Shown piece after piece: positions 40,701 through 49,407 of a DNA stretch of 56,337 nt (the stretch's first letter is position 1; the number at the start of each line of letters is the position of its first letter). A model generated the notes under the pieces. It searched no databases. It was given only the letters and a program-made list of their open reading frames with translations, and was not told the origin of the DNA. Made by a program: the position numbers and the translations under genes. The stretch comes from a virus (taxonomy: Duplodnaviria > Caudoviricetes): positions 1 to 56,337 of IMG/VR virus record IMGVR_UViG_3300047308_000211; one strand, given 5' to 3'.

Positions 40701-41860
40701 TTAATGCTGCTACTGCAACTAATCCAGCAGGCAGTGCAATTGTTTATGCTGTACAAGCTGGTTCTTTACCAAGCGGTATGACATTAAACACAGGCACTGG
40801 TGCAATTACTGGAACTGCTGGTCCTTCTAACGGTACTACCGCAATATCATACTCATTTACCATTTCAGCTTCGTCTGGTGGCTATACAAAACTAAAAGTG
40901 TTTAGTGGGTCTTTTTACTATTTTAGCGTTCAAGGTCAAGCCTTATACGGCACTAACGTAGGAACTGGAACGTTTACTTGGGTTGCTCCTAAGGGTGTTA
41001 GTAATATATCTGTTGTTGCTGTTGGCGCTGGCGGTACCGGTCCAAGAAGTTACAACTCATCTGCATCCGGTGGTGGAGGCGGTGGATTAGGTTGGAAAAA
41101 CAACATTTCTGTTACTCCTTTGAGTAGCTATACCGTTCAGGTTGGTGCTTATGGTAATGCTACTGGCTATGGCGACGGCAATCTACGCGGCGGCACATCA
41201 CACTTTATATCAACTTCTACTGTAGCAGGTTACGGAGGCGGTCACAGGTCTGTTGGTGGAACTGGTGGTCCAAATTCCAATGGTAGTACTGGTGGTGGAT
41301 GGTTTGGTGATGGCGGTGGAGCTGGTGGTTATGCAGATGGTTCTTATAACCCAGGCGCTGGTGCTGGTGGATACACTGGTAATGGTGGCAATAGTCCTAA
41401 TGGAACAGGTAGCGGTGGTGGTGCCGGTAGTGGACAAGCTTACTCCTCTACTTATGGTTATGCCAGCGGTGGTGGAGTTGGTTTGCTAGGCCAAGGCGAG
41501 AACGGTAGCTATGGTCACATGCCTTGGACACCAAGCGGAGGCGGGGGTGGAGGCTGCGGCGGCCCTGGTTCTTGGAATGGTCCAGGCGGAGGTACATGGA
41601 ACTGGAACAGTGGAAGAACTAATCCTAGTGTTGGGCAAGGTGATCGTGGTATGTATGGCGAGAATCCTTATTCGAGCACAGGAGAAACTTCAAGCAACCT
41701 ACGAGGCGGTGAATATGGCGGTGGTGGCGGTGGTCAAGGCGACAGTTGGCCACAAGCTGGTGGTTATGGTGGTCAAGGTGGTGTGCGGATTATTTGGGGA
41801 CCAGGACGCGCATTTCCTGCTACAAATACCTTAAACGTAACAGCTTCATCGCTGCCTTAA
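37727..41860 (+). CDS. Large fibre/adhesin: carbohydrate-binding-like repeats, beta-helix-like core, Ig domains, Gly-rich tip
   Basis: Six W/Y...T.Y...D.V.YGG..Y repeats; YVAPHG.D...G.Y.EQLPI.IP..V.IVGD pectin-lyase-like start; putative Ig domain; C-terminal polyglycine domain ending VRIIWGPGRAFP. Confidence 0.75.
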   Translation: MGQILDLGKLRLSFQGNWVSTTVYEYNDCVRYGGNVYVYVYPVNESGNLPTNTNFWSLLVEGIKFRGVYSAATAYKVGDGIAYGGKVYIAIADGSANTPPNATYWSQFADGIQYEASYSDATAYQRNDVVTYGGSAYIAKIDGTGNNPINATYWDKLVDGISFAGAWNSATAYAVGRIVSYGANTFKATTNSTNQNPTLTNGALNSSYWEVFTEGFRTKGAWATTTEYFINDIVIRGGTTYVCVVRHTSGTFATDLSTTKWVRFASGIQWKNAWLASTVYVKDDIIKAATGSAYIAIQDHTAGSDFTIDVTDGKWQVFVAGGGDVLPALETGDSGRALTVNAAGNAIDWLGATESQNVRYVAPHGTDTPTSGKNLATAYASIRYACDNIGTNGGTIFVMTGVYNEQLPITIPANVAIVGDNQRTVVVQPKSGNSDNPLIPNNQATMFLMSDGSILNKMTFKGMTGWVPGATANDVTTSTIKGVVVRLNPASPILLKSPYVLECAFIGSGAIGALIDGSVHTSGAKTMIFHGYTVISDNGVGYWVKDGGKAEIVSCFTYYCYFGYTASGGGFIRALNGNNSYGTWGAASRGYAAEETAVVGTIIGQQLNFLYQGGNIAAGDTVTASSGATAIVTNVQASANKVYVTASTGTFTLGNTLTFTSGGTGTVSAGALQDQKGFVLVLTGLTALPRPGASISISGDSYSYVIQSVTGTYVDASSKVVVVLAQEKPTGSASGTGVTIRYKYSQIRLTGHDFLSIGTGGTATTNYPNTPTQPSAQGNEVDEAYPGRVYFVSTDQDGNFRVGDYFKIDQATGRATLNANAFDLAGLTSLKLGSIGAQLGETINEFSADATLSGASNTAVPTEYAVKTYVDTNLGSVSGSLNSVLGDVYEFTLPSNQTFTNTSYRASFVTGGLGFVWSLTGTPPSGMTISQLGVLSNGSVAITAGTYNFNIVVTSGTTIATRSITIVSSAQIPSFSTSVFPGSFTPDVAFTVNAATATNPAGSAIVYAVQAGSLPSGMTLNTGTGAITGTAGPSNGTTAISYSFTISASSGGYTKLKVFSGSFYYFSVQGQALYGTNVGTGTFTWVAPKGVSNISVVAVGAGGTGPRSYNSSASGGGGGGLGWKNNISVTPLSSYTVQVGAYGNATGYGDGNLRGGTSHFISTSTVAGYGGGHRSVGGTGGPNSNGSTGGGWFGDGGGAGGYADGSYNPGAGAGGYTGNGGNSPNGTGSGGGAGSGQAYSSTYGYASGGGVGLLGQGENGSYGHMPWTPSGGGGGGCGGPGSWNGPGGGTWNWNSGRTNPSVGQGDRGMYGENPYSSTGETSSNLRGGEYGGGGGGQGDSWPQAGGYGGQGGVRIIWGPGRAFPATNTLNVTASSLP

Positions 41861-41878
41861 ATTAAATCGGAGAATTAA

Positions 41879-42325
41879 ATGAATTTTTACATCAAAGTGG
41901 TTAACGGGACTACCGTTAACCACCCCATGATTGAGGAAAACCTTTTAGAAGCTTTTGAAATTTCTAAAATTACAGAAGACTTTTTAAACGAACAGCAACT
42001 TGTTCGTTACGAAAGACGAGAGGTTCCTAGTGGCTCTACTATTATTTCGGAAAATGGGTATGAGCTTTGTGAAGACGGGGTGGCTCGTAACGTAATTACT
42101 ACTCGAGAATTAACTCAAGAAGAAAAGATAGAAGAGTGGATTCGTCGTCCACGCGCTTTCTTTCTAGCTCAAAGTGATTGGACTCAGTTACCTGATGCTC
42201 CTTTAACCGAAGCTAAAAAAGCTGAGTGGGCTGCTTATCGTCAACAACTTCGAACTATGCCTACTGTCTATGCTAATATTCAAGATATTTCAGAACTTGT
42301 AATACCCACAATACCATCTAAATAA
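41879..42325 (+). CDS. Tail fibre assembly chaperone
   Basis: C-terminal R..FLAQSDWTQLPDAPL....AEWAAYRQQLR motif; directly after a fibre gene. Confidence 0.8.
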   Translation: MNFYIKVVNGTTVNHPMIEENLLEAFEISKITEDFLNEQQLVRYERREVPSGSTIISENGYELCEDGVARNVITTRELTQEEKIEEWIRRPRAFFLAQSDWTQLPDAPLTEAKKAEWAAYRQQLRTMPTVYANIQDISELVIPTIPSK

Positions 42326-42337
42326 ATAAATAACTAA

Positions 42338-42373
42338 GACAAAGCGGAGAAATACCGCTTTGTCAAGGTTTCT
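42338..42373 (+). terminator. Hairpin / probable terminator before the metabolic cassette
   Basis: GACAAAGCGG-AGAAATA-CCGCTTTGTC perfect 10-bp stem, then an imperfect T tract. Confidence 0.55.
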
Positions 42374-42408
42374 TTATATAAAAAGAAATGAAGAATTAAA
42401 GGATTTAA

Positions 42409-42984
42409 ATGAATAAAAACTTATCTAATTATGTTGTACTAAATAAAGGTGTTATCCCTGATGACTTGTGTAAGTTGACTATTAAGGAGTTAGAAGCTTC
42501 TAACGGTTTAAAGCAACATTTTTTTACTAAGTATGTAAATAATCAATTAGTTGAATATAGTCGTAGTGGAGATCCTGAAGTATTTTTGGACAAACTACCA
42601 ACTTCATCAGATTTTTTGACAAATATAACTTGGGAAGCACTTCGTAAGTATGTGCAAGATGATTTAAACTTTGATTGGTTTACTTCATGGCAAGGCTTTA
42701 CTGGTTATAAGTACATAAAATATACAGAAGACACAGAGATGCATAAGCATTCTGACCACATACATAGTATATTTGAAGGCACAAGAAGAGGTATACCAAT
42801 ACTTTCAATAGTTGCACTGCTAAATGATGATTTTTTAGGCGGGGATTTTGTTATGTTTGATGATCAAAAAATAGATTTAGAAAAAGGGGACATTTTAATT
42901 TTTCCTAGTTTATTTCTTTATCCACATACTGTTCAGAAAGTAACAGAAGGTGTTCGTTACTCAGCTGCTTCCTGGATGTTTTAA
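42409..42984 (+). CDS. 2OG-Fe(II) oxygenase (prolyl 4-hydroxylase-like)
   Basis: HSD...LNDDFLGGDF...IFPS...YPHTV..VTEGVRYS: HxD...H facial triad and RxS 2OG-binding motif. Confidence 0.88.
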   Translation: MNKNLSNYVVLNKGVIPDDLCKLTIKELEASNGLKQHFFTKYVNNQLVEYSRSGDPEVFLDKLPTSSDFLTNITWEALRKYVQDDLNFDWFTSWQGFTGYKYIKYTEDTEMHKHSDHIHSIFEGTRRGIPILSIVALLNDDFLGGDFVMFDDQKIDLEKGDILIFPSLFLYPHTVQKVTEGVRYSAASWMF

Positions 42985-43515
42985 ATGTCACTAAAAGAAT
43001 TAATTAAAGAAGAACATGATGCTGCTGAAAATCATCCTTTTATAAAAAAACTTTTCTCTGGTAATATTACTAAAGAAGAGTATGCATCATTTTTGTATAA
43101 CCAAAAATATTGTTATACAGCTTTAGAAGACAAAGCTGAAGAATTCGGTTTGTTAGTAGGTATTGAAGCTATTAAAAGAGCAACAAAGATTTCAAAAGAC
43201 TTACAAGACTTACAGGTAGAAAACAAAGAAGTATATAATAGTACAATTAAGTATTGTGACTATATTAGTAACTGTTCAAAAGAGCAGCTATTAGCTCATA
43301 TCTATGTCCGTCATTTTGGAGATATGTATGGGGGTCAGATGCTTAAGAAAGTAGTTCCAGGCTCTGCATCAATGTATGAGTTCGAAAATAGAGCATATTT
43401 AATAAATGAAGTTAGAAAGAAGTTAAATGATAGTTTAGCTGATGAAGCAAAATTAGTATTTGCTTTTGCTACTGAACTATTTACAGAGTTAGCCAATGAG
43501 CACAATATTCAATAA
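42985..43515 (+). CDS. hemO: Heme oxygenase (biliverdin-producing)
   Basis: Proximal His in LKE..KEEHDAAE; distal helix AHIYVRHFGDMYGGQML. Confidence 0.9.
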   Translation: MSLKELIKEEHDAAENHPFIKKLFSGNITKEEYASFLYNQKYCYTALEDKAEEFGLLVGIEAIKRATKISKDLQDLQVENKEVYNSTIKYCDYISNCSKEQLLAHIYVRHFGDMYGGQMLKKVVPGSASMYEFENRAYLINEVRKKLNDSLADEAKLVFAFATELFTELANEHNIQ

Positions 43516-44188
43516 ATTAAAAGCTCATGCTGCAGAGTTGGAAGCAATTCTTTCGGCACGAGCTTTTTCTTCGCCAAGTGAAGTCACCTCAGAATGGTAC
43601 ACCAAGAATTTTTCAAGTGCTTGGGTTCGCAGAGCTAACTTAGATGTTATTGACGTATCTGAATCCAAAAAATTGTATATGATGCACTTATGCATCTTTC
43701 CACACACATACGATGCAGCTCCTATATACGGTTTTGATATTATAGCTGGCACAAATAAAATCACAGGCGCGTTTTTAGATTTTTCTCCTGTAGGTGACCC
43801 TGAACATCCAATGTGCAAGTGGTTTCAAGAATTTGTAGAGCCAACATCGTGGGCAAAACCACGAGAGCTGCCTGAGTGGGCAAGAAATATATTCTCAAAC
43901 CGCATGGTTGCGGCAGGTAATATTAATACTGACTTTGAACTAGCAGTATTATTAGAGATTTCAAAGAAGTCGCTTATTTATTATTTAGACAGTATATCAA
44001 AGTATCGTCCAGCGTTAAAATATGAAGAAATGGTCGAAGCTAACAATTTTACTGACAAGCAAAATTACTACTGTCAGCAACAAAAATGTAATCCGCATAC
44101 TCCGCGAGTATTAAAAACATTAGGATTCAATGATGATCAAGTACATGAGTACATACACAAAGAGTTATTTCCTGAAATCTCAGTATAG
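43496..44188 (+). CDS. pcyX: Ferredoxin-dependent bilin reductase, PcyA/PcyX-like
   Basis: MMHLCIFP (His64), PIYGFDIIAG (Asp81), DFSP, RELPEWA.NIFS and QNYYC.QQ..NPHT.RVL motifs; overlaps the heme oxygenase by 20 bp. Confidence 0.85.
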   Translation: MSTIFNKLKAHAAELEAILSARAFSSPSEVTSEWYTKNFSSAWVRRANLDVIDVSESKKLYMMHLCIFPHTYDAAPIYGFDIIAGTNKITGAFLDFSPVGDPEHPMCKWFQEFVEPTSWAKPRELPEWARNIFSNRMVAAGNINTDFELAVLLEISKKSLIYYLDSISKYRPALKYEEMVEANNFTDKQNYYCQQQKCNPHTPRVLKTLGFNDDQVHEYIHKELFPEISV

Positions 44189-44247
44189 TACAGAATATTT
44201 GCGCTATTTAGCAGCAATGGTTTATTGGGTCTAGGTATATAAATCTC

Positions 44248-44275
44248 TTAATTAAGTAAAGGTATAGCCTATATG
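44248..44275 (+). repeat. 28-bp direct repeat, copy 1 (RBS region plus ATG)
   Basis: TTAATTAAGTAAAGGTATAGCCTATATG, identical to 45664-45691. Confidence 0.95.
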
Positions 44276-45667
44276 AGTATAGCAACAAATTTAGCAAAGC
44301 TTGGACTGGGCGTAAACAGTGCCGGAATTATTGCGCCTGAAAAAGGTGGCACAGGCACTACCACAGGGGGTGGAACTAGTAATTCTCCTACTGTTACTTC
44401 TATTACTTACACAGGTAATGATACCGCTACTAATATTACAGGCGGCGACATTGTTACTATAAACGGCACTAATTTTGCTGCAGGAGTCAGTGTATTAATA
44501 AATAATACACAGGTTAGTACGGTTACTCGTGTTAGTTCAACTCAACTTACTTTTGTAGCGCCTGCAAACTCTGCTGGAAGTTATATTCTTTACGTTATTA
44601 ATACAGATGGCAGCGCAGCTATTAATGTACCTGGATTGCAATATTCTGGCGTACCTAGCTGGACTACTGCATCAGGTAGTTTAGGTACAACTAATACTTC
44701 TGTAAGTTTTTCAACTACACTAGCCGTAACAGGTGATGCCCCTATTTCTTATGCAATAGTTAGTGGTTCTTTACCTGCTGGAATTACTCTTAATACTTCT
44801 ACTGGAGTTATTAGTGGCACTACTCCTAGCGTTACTAGTCCAACTACTTACAACTTTACTGTAAGTGCTATAGATGCCCAGAATCAAGACACTAGTAGAG
44901 TATTTAGTCTAACTGTTCAACCTTCTACAGCAACAAGCTTTACTGCTCAAGCTGTTGGAGGCGGTGGCGGAGCTGGTAGTAATATTCCTGGAGGCGGCGG
45001 TGGAGGCGGCGGAGTACTGACCGTATCAAGTATAGTTGTTACGCCTGGCGCGGCTTACACTATCACTGTAGGTAATGGTGGCAATGCTGGTTTTAATGGT
45101 GGTAACTCAAGCATTACAGGTAATGGCGTCAATATGACTGCTATTGGCGGCGGTCGTGGTTCAAGAGTAGGGCTCGCTGCTTCTACTGGAGGTTCTGGGG
45201 GTGGTGGAACTTGGGGCGGCTCAAGTTATAACCCAGGACAGTCAGGTACTTCAGGGCAAGGTAACTCAGGCGGTAACGGCTCGTATAGTTCAAGCGCAAG
45301 CACAGACATGGGCGGTGGCGGTGGCGGTGCAGGAGGCTCAGGATCTAGTTCCAGTGGTAGCACGGCGGGTAATGGCGGACCAGGAGTAACTAGTTTATCA
45401 GGTAGTGCTACTGTTGGTGGCGGTGGCGGTGGTACTATGAGTGGTGCTTACGGAAATCAAGGGCAACCATACGGTCCTGGTACTACGGGTACTGGAACTG
45501 GTGGTGGTGGATTTGGTCAAGCAGGTGGCAGTGGACGAGTAGAAATACGGTATTCAGATGCGTTTAGCCTTGCTTCAGCTACTACTGGCTCTCCTATTGT
45601 AGCTACCTCCGGCGGGTACAGATACTATATTTGGACTACAGTTGGCACTTGGTCAATCACATTTTAA
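44273..45667 (+). CDS. Fibre/adhesin with IPT/TIG and putative Ig domains and Gly-rich C-terminus
   Basis: PTVTSI...GGDIVTINGTNF (IPT/TIG); GSLPAGITLNTSTGVISGT (putative Ig); polyglycine domain. Confidence 0.75.
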   Translation: MSIATNLAKLGLGVNSAGIIAPEKGGTGTTTGGGTSNSPTVTSITYTGNDTATNITGGDIVTINGTNFAAGVSVLINNTQVSTVTRVSSTQLTFVAPANSAGSYILYVINTDGSAAINVPGLQYSGVPSWTTASGSLGTTNTSVSFSTTLAVTGDAPISYAIVSGSLPAGITLNTSTGVISGTTPSVTSPTTYNFTVSAIDAQNQDTSRVFSLTVQPSTATSFTAQAVGGGGGAGSNIPGGGGGGGGVLTVSSIVVTPGAAYTITVGNGGNAGFNGGNSSITGNGVNMTAIGGGRGSRVGLAASTGGSGGGGTWGGSSYNPGQSGTSGQGNSGGNGSYSSSASTDMGGGGGGAGGSGSSSSGSTAGNGGPGVTSLSGSATVGGGGGGTMSGAYGNQGQPYGPGTTGTGTGGGGFGQAGGSGRVEIRYSDAFSLASATTGSPIVATSGGYRYYIWTTVGTWSITF

Positions 45668-45691
45668 TTAAGTAAAGGTATAGCCTATATG
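45664..45691 (+). repeat. 28-bp direct repeat, copy 2
   Basis: Identical to 44248-44275. Confidence 0.95.
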
Positions 45692-48600
45692 GGTATTTCA
45701 TCATATTTATCAAAATTAGCACTAGGCATTTCCACGGAAGGCATTTTAGGTACTTCTAAGGGCGGTACTGGAACAACAGTTTATGTTCCCGGAAGCGGAA
45801 CTAGTAGTTCTCCTACTGTTACGTCTATTACTTACACAGGTGACGATACCGCTACTAATGTTGCAGGGGGTGATACTGTTACTATAAATGGAACTAATTT
45901 TGCTATAGGAGTTAACGTATTAATTGGCGAAGTGCAAGTAAATCAAGTGACTCGCGTTTCAGCAACTCAACTTACTTTTGCTGCACCTGCAAACGTTGCT
46001 GGAAGTTACATTATTTATGTTATTAACCCCGACGGTAGTGCGGCTATTAGTGTACCTGGTATACAGTACTCAGGTGTGCCTGCTTGGAATACAGTAGCAG
46101 GTAGTTTAGGAACAAGTAACATACAAACTAGTTTTTCAACTACTTTAGCAGCAACAGGTGATGCGCCTATTTCTTATGCTATAGTAAGTGGTTCTTTACC
46201 TGCTGGAATTAATCTTAATACTGCCTCAGGTGTTATTAGTGGTACTACTAGTGCTAACACTTCTACTACTTATAACTTTACTGTTCGTGCAACAGATGCA
46301 CAAAATCAAGACACTACCAGAGCATTTAGTTTAACTATTACGCCTGTAACAGTATATTCAGCAACTCCAATAGCTTTTTCTATTAATGAAGGATCTCCTT
46401 TAACCGTAAATGTTTCAGGAGAAAATATTACGGACGGAATTTATTATTGGACAATTAATTCAAATGCTAGTGATTTTGCAACAAGTTCTGGATCATTTAC
46501 AATTACTTCTAATGTAGGATCTTTTTCAGTAACACCAATAGCAGATACTACTACTGAAGGTAGCGAAGTATTTACAATTTCTATTAGGTCTGTTTCTACA
46601 ACAGGTACAGTTTTAACAACAACTACAACAATAACAATTACTGATTCAAGTACAACACCTAACCCAACGTATTCAATTACTCCTTCAGCTAGTAATATAG
46701 ATGAAGGCAGTGTTCTAACATTTAATGTAAGCGGAACATATATTGTTGATGGGACATATTATTGGACTACAACTAATGCAGCAGATTTTGCTACAAGTTC
46801 TGGATCATTTGCAATTACATCTAATGCGGGGTCTTTTACAGTAACACCCACATCAGATACTACAACAGAAGGTGTAGAAACATTCACTGCTAGTGTAAGA
46901 GCCAGCAGTATAGCAGGAACAATACTTGCAACGTCTAGTGCGGTTACAATTAATGATACAAGTGTACCAGCAACAACAGCAGGAGAAACAGAGTATACTA
47001 CTCCTGGCACATACCAATGGACAGCTCCAGCAGGAGTAACTTCAGTTTGTGTAGTTGCTGTGGGCGGAGGTGGTGGTGGAAATCGTAGTGTAGTAGTAAG
47101 ACCAGGAGATGACGACGAGTACTACTGGTCAGGCGGAGGAGGAGCTTTAGCCTATAAAAATAACATTACAGTAATACCAGGTCAAGCTTACGAAGTTATT
47201 GTTGGTGCAGCAGGTACTTTTTCTGTATATGGACAATTCAATACTGCTACTGCAGGTGGAGACAGCTCTTTTGGCAGTGGTCAGATGGGTCAAGTTGTAA
47301 AAGCTGGCGGTGGTAAAACATCTACTAATAATGCACCTTATAGTTTAGGTGCGTTAGGTGGTCAGGTTTTAGCAGGCGATGGTGGTGGTGCAGGCGGTCG
47401 TGGCGGAAACTACGGCGGAAACTACGGCGGTGGAGTTAATCCAGGAGCCGGCGGTGCTGGTGGATATTCAGGAGCCGGCGGTGCTGGCGGAGATGGTCAA
47501 GCAGCTAGTTCTGGTCTTGCTCCAAGCGGTGCAGCTGGATCTGGCGGTGGCGGTGGCGGCGGTGCTGCAGCAGGTAGAATACTTTCACCTGACACAGGTG
47601 CATATGGTGGATCTGGTGGCGGAGTAGGTATATATGGTGAAGGTTCCAGCGGTGGTGGTGGATATAATAGTAATTATAATACACTGGGTGGAGTTGGCGG
47701 TAGCGGCGGTAACAATGGCGTATATGCACAAGGTCCTGGCGGTGAATATGGTGGCGGAGGTTCATTTGACGCTAATGGCGGTAAAGGAGCGGTTCGCATT
47801 ATTTGGGGAACTGGTCGAGCATTTCCCTCAACCAATGTAGCAAAAATTGTACCAATCGCACCAGGCGAAATACAGTATACTACTCCTGATACACATTACT
47901 TTACAGTACCTGCAGGCGTAACTAGTATAAATGCACTTGCTGTAGGCGGTGGTGGTGCAGGTGGACAAAGTGCCGGTACTTCAGCTTCTGCAGGTGCAGG
48001 TGGTGGTGGTGGTTTAAGTTGGCGGAATAGCATACCAGTTACTCCTGGTGAATCACTTACTATAACAATAGGGCCTACAGCTACAGGCGGTTCAAACTAT
48101 ATTGGCACTTCAGGCACAACTACTTACATAAAACGTGGTACTACAGAGCTATTATCCGCTAATGGTGGTAGTGGTGGTGCAGGTAATAATGGTACTCGAC
48201 CATGGTATGAGTGGGTTGGTGGTGCTGGTGGTGCTGGTGGTGCTAACGTTAATGCTGCATACGGTGGTGGCAATGGTGGTAAAGGCGGTAATGGGACAAC
48301 TAATAGTACCAATCGCGCAGGCGGTGGCGGTGCTGGTGGGTACACAGGTACAGGTGGTGCAGGCGGTAACGGCGGTGCTAATCCTATTAATTTGGGCAGT
48401 GCTGGTACAGGTGGCGGCGGTGGCGGTGGAGCAAGTTCTCCAGGATCCCCATACTCAGGTGGCGGTGGCGGTGTAGGACTTTATGGTCAAGGCACTAACG
48501 GTGCTGGTGGCACAAATCCAAACGTTTCGCCATATACTGGTTCAGCGGGAGGCTCGGGAGGTAGCGGAGGCACTAACGCAGGATATGGCGGATATGTAGG

Positions 48601-49393
48601 TTCTTATACTGAACTATCAGGTGGTTTTGCTGGAGGTGGCGGTGCAGGTAGTGATGGTGGACTTTCTGGTACAGGCGCTCCTGGTGCTGTTCGTATTATG
48701 TGGGGAGCCAATCGTGCGTTTCCTTCAACTAGTGCAGAACAAATTTTTACTACTGGTGATGCTGTTGGTGGTGGTTTTTACGTTGGTAAAATGAGTATTA
48801 ATGGTAATGGTGTGGCAACCCATCATTTAATTGTTTCAGATATTTCAACTCGTCGAAGCACTCTTTCTTGGGATACTAGAGCAACAGGGAATAGTGGTTT
48901 TGTTTCTGGTGTTAATGACCCTATTAACGGCCCACAAAATACAACTAGTTTAGCTGGACAAGGCTCATACTATGAAGCTGCAATTTATTGTCAAAACTTA
49001 GATTCAGGCGGATACACAGATTGGTACTTACCTTCTATACAAGAACTACAAATGTGTTACTACTATTTAAAACCTAGTACAGAAGCAAATCATAGTTATG
49101 GTGCCAGTTATGGCGGTGCAAATCCTTATGCAGTAGCGCCTCAACCAATAAATACTGAGTACGTAACTGCAGGACCCTCGCAAACAACAGCTTTTGCATT
49201 TAGAAACGGTAATGCACAATCGTTTGGTACTAGTGGTTACTATTCTTCGTGTGAAAGCACACATAGTTTAGAAATTATTAGAAAAGTAAATGCTCAAGTT
49301 CTGTACTTTACTGATGGTTCTCAATCAACAATTAATAAATCTCAAACTTGGGCTGGTGCTTACACACGAGCTGTTCGCCGAATTCCCATTTAA
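45689..49393 (+). CDS. Fibre/adhesin paralog: IPT/TIG, Ig, two Calx-beta-like, two Gly-rich domains and a DUF1566/C-lectin-like C-terminus
   Basis: First ~220 aa paralogous to 44273..45667; C-terminal YCQNL..GGYTDWYLPS..EL...Y.SS.E...RAVRR. Confidence 0.75.
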   Translation: MGISSYLSKLALGISTEGILGTSKGGTGTTVYVPGSGTSSSPTVTSITYTGDDTATNVAGGDTVTINGTNFAIGVNVLIGEVQVNQVTRVSATQLTFAAPANVAGSYIIYVINPDGSAAISVPGIQYSGVPAWNTVAGSLGTSNIQTSFSTTLAATGDAPISYAIVSGSLPAGINLNTASGVISGTTSANTSTTYNFTVRATDAQNQDTTRAFSLTITPVTVYSATPIAFSINEGSPLTVNVSGENITDGIYYWTINSNASDFATSSGSFTITSNVGSFSVTPIADTTTEGSEVFTISIRSVSTTGTVLTTTTTITITDSSTTPNPTYSITPSASNIDEGSVLTFNVSGTYIVDGTYYWTTTNAADFATSSGSFAITSNAGSFTVTPTSDTTTEGVETFTASVRASSIAGTILATSSAVTINDTSVPATTAGETEYTTPGTYQWTAPAGVTSVCVVAVGGGGGGNRSVVVRPGDDDEYYWSGGGGALAYKNNITVIPGQAYEVIVGAAGTFSVYGQFNTATAGGDSSFGSGQMGQVVKAGGGKTSTNNAPYSLGALGGQVLAGDGGGAGGRGGNYGGNYGGGVNPGAGGAGGYSGAGGAGGDGQAASSGLAPSGAAGSGGGGGGGAAAGRILSPDTGAYGGSGGGVGIYGEGSSGGGGYNSNYNTLGGVGGSGGNNGVYAQGPGGEYGGGGSFDANGGKGAVRIIWGTGRAFPSTNVAKIVPIAPGEIQYTTPDTHYFTVPAGVTSINALAVGGGGAGGQSAGTSASAGAGGGGGLSWRNSIPVTPGESLTITIGPTATGGSNYIGTSGTTTYIKRGTTELLSANGGSGGAGNNGTRPWYEWVGGAGGAGGANVNAAYGGGNGGKGGNGTTNSTNRAGGGGAGGYTGTGGAGGNGGANPINLGSAGTGGGGGGGASSPGSPYSGGGGGVGLYGQGTNGAGGTNPNVSPYTGSAGGSGGSGGTNAGYGGYVGSYTELSGGFAGGGGAGSDGGLSGTGAPGAVRIMWGANRAFPSTSAEQIFTTGDAVGGGFYVGKMSINGNGVATHHLIVSDISTRRSTLSWDTRATGNSGFVSGVNDPINGPQNTTSLAGQGSYYEAAIYCQNLDSGGYTDWYLPSIQELQMCYYYLKPSTEANHSYGASYGGANPYAVAPQPINTEYVTAGPSQTTAFAFRNGNAQSFGTSGYYSSCESTHSLEIIRKVNAQVLYFTDGSQSTINKSQTWAGAYTRAVRRIPI

Positions 49394-49407
49394 TATAAGG
49401 AATAACT

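Noticed and set aside
42985-44188. Reading HO plus bilin reductase as proof of a cyanophage
   Set aside because: The motif pattern is closer to PcyX-type enzymes, no photosynthesis genes are in the window, and the host cannot be fixed beyond Gram-negative.
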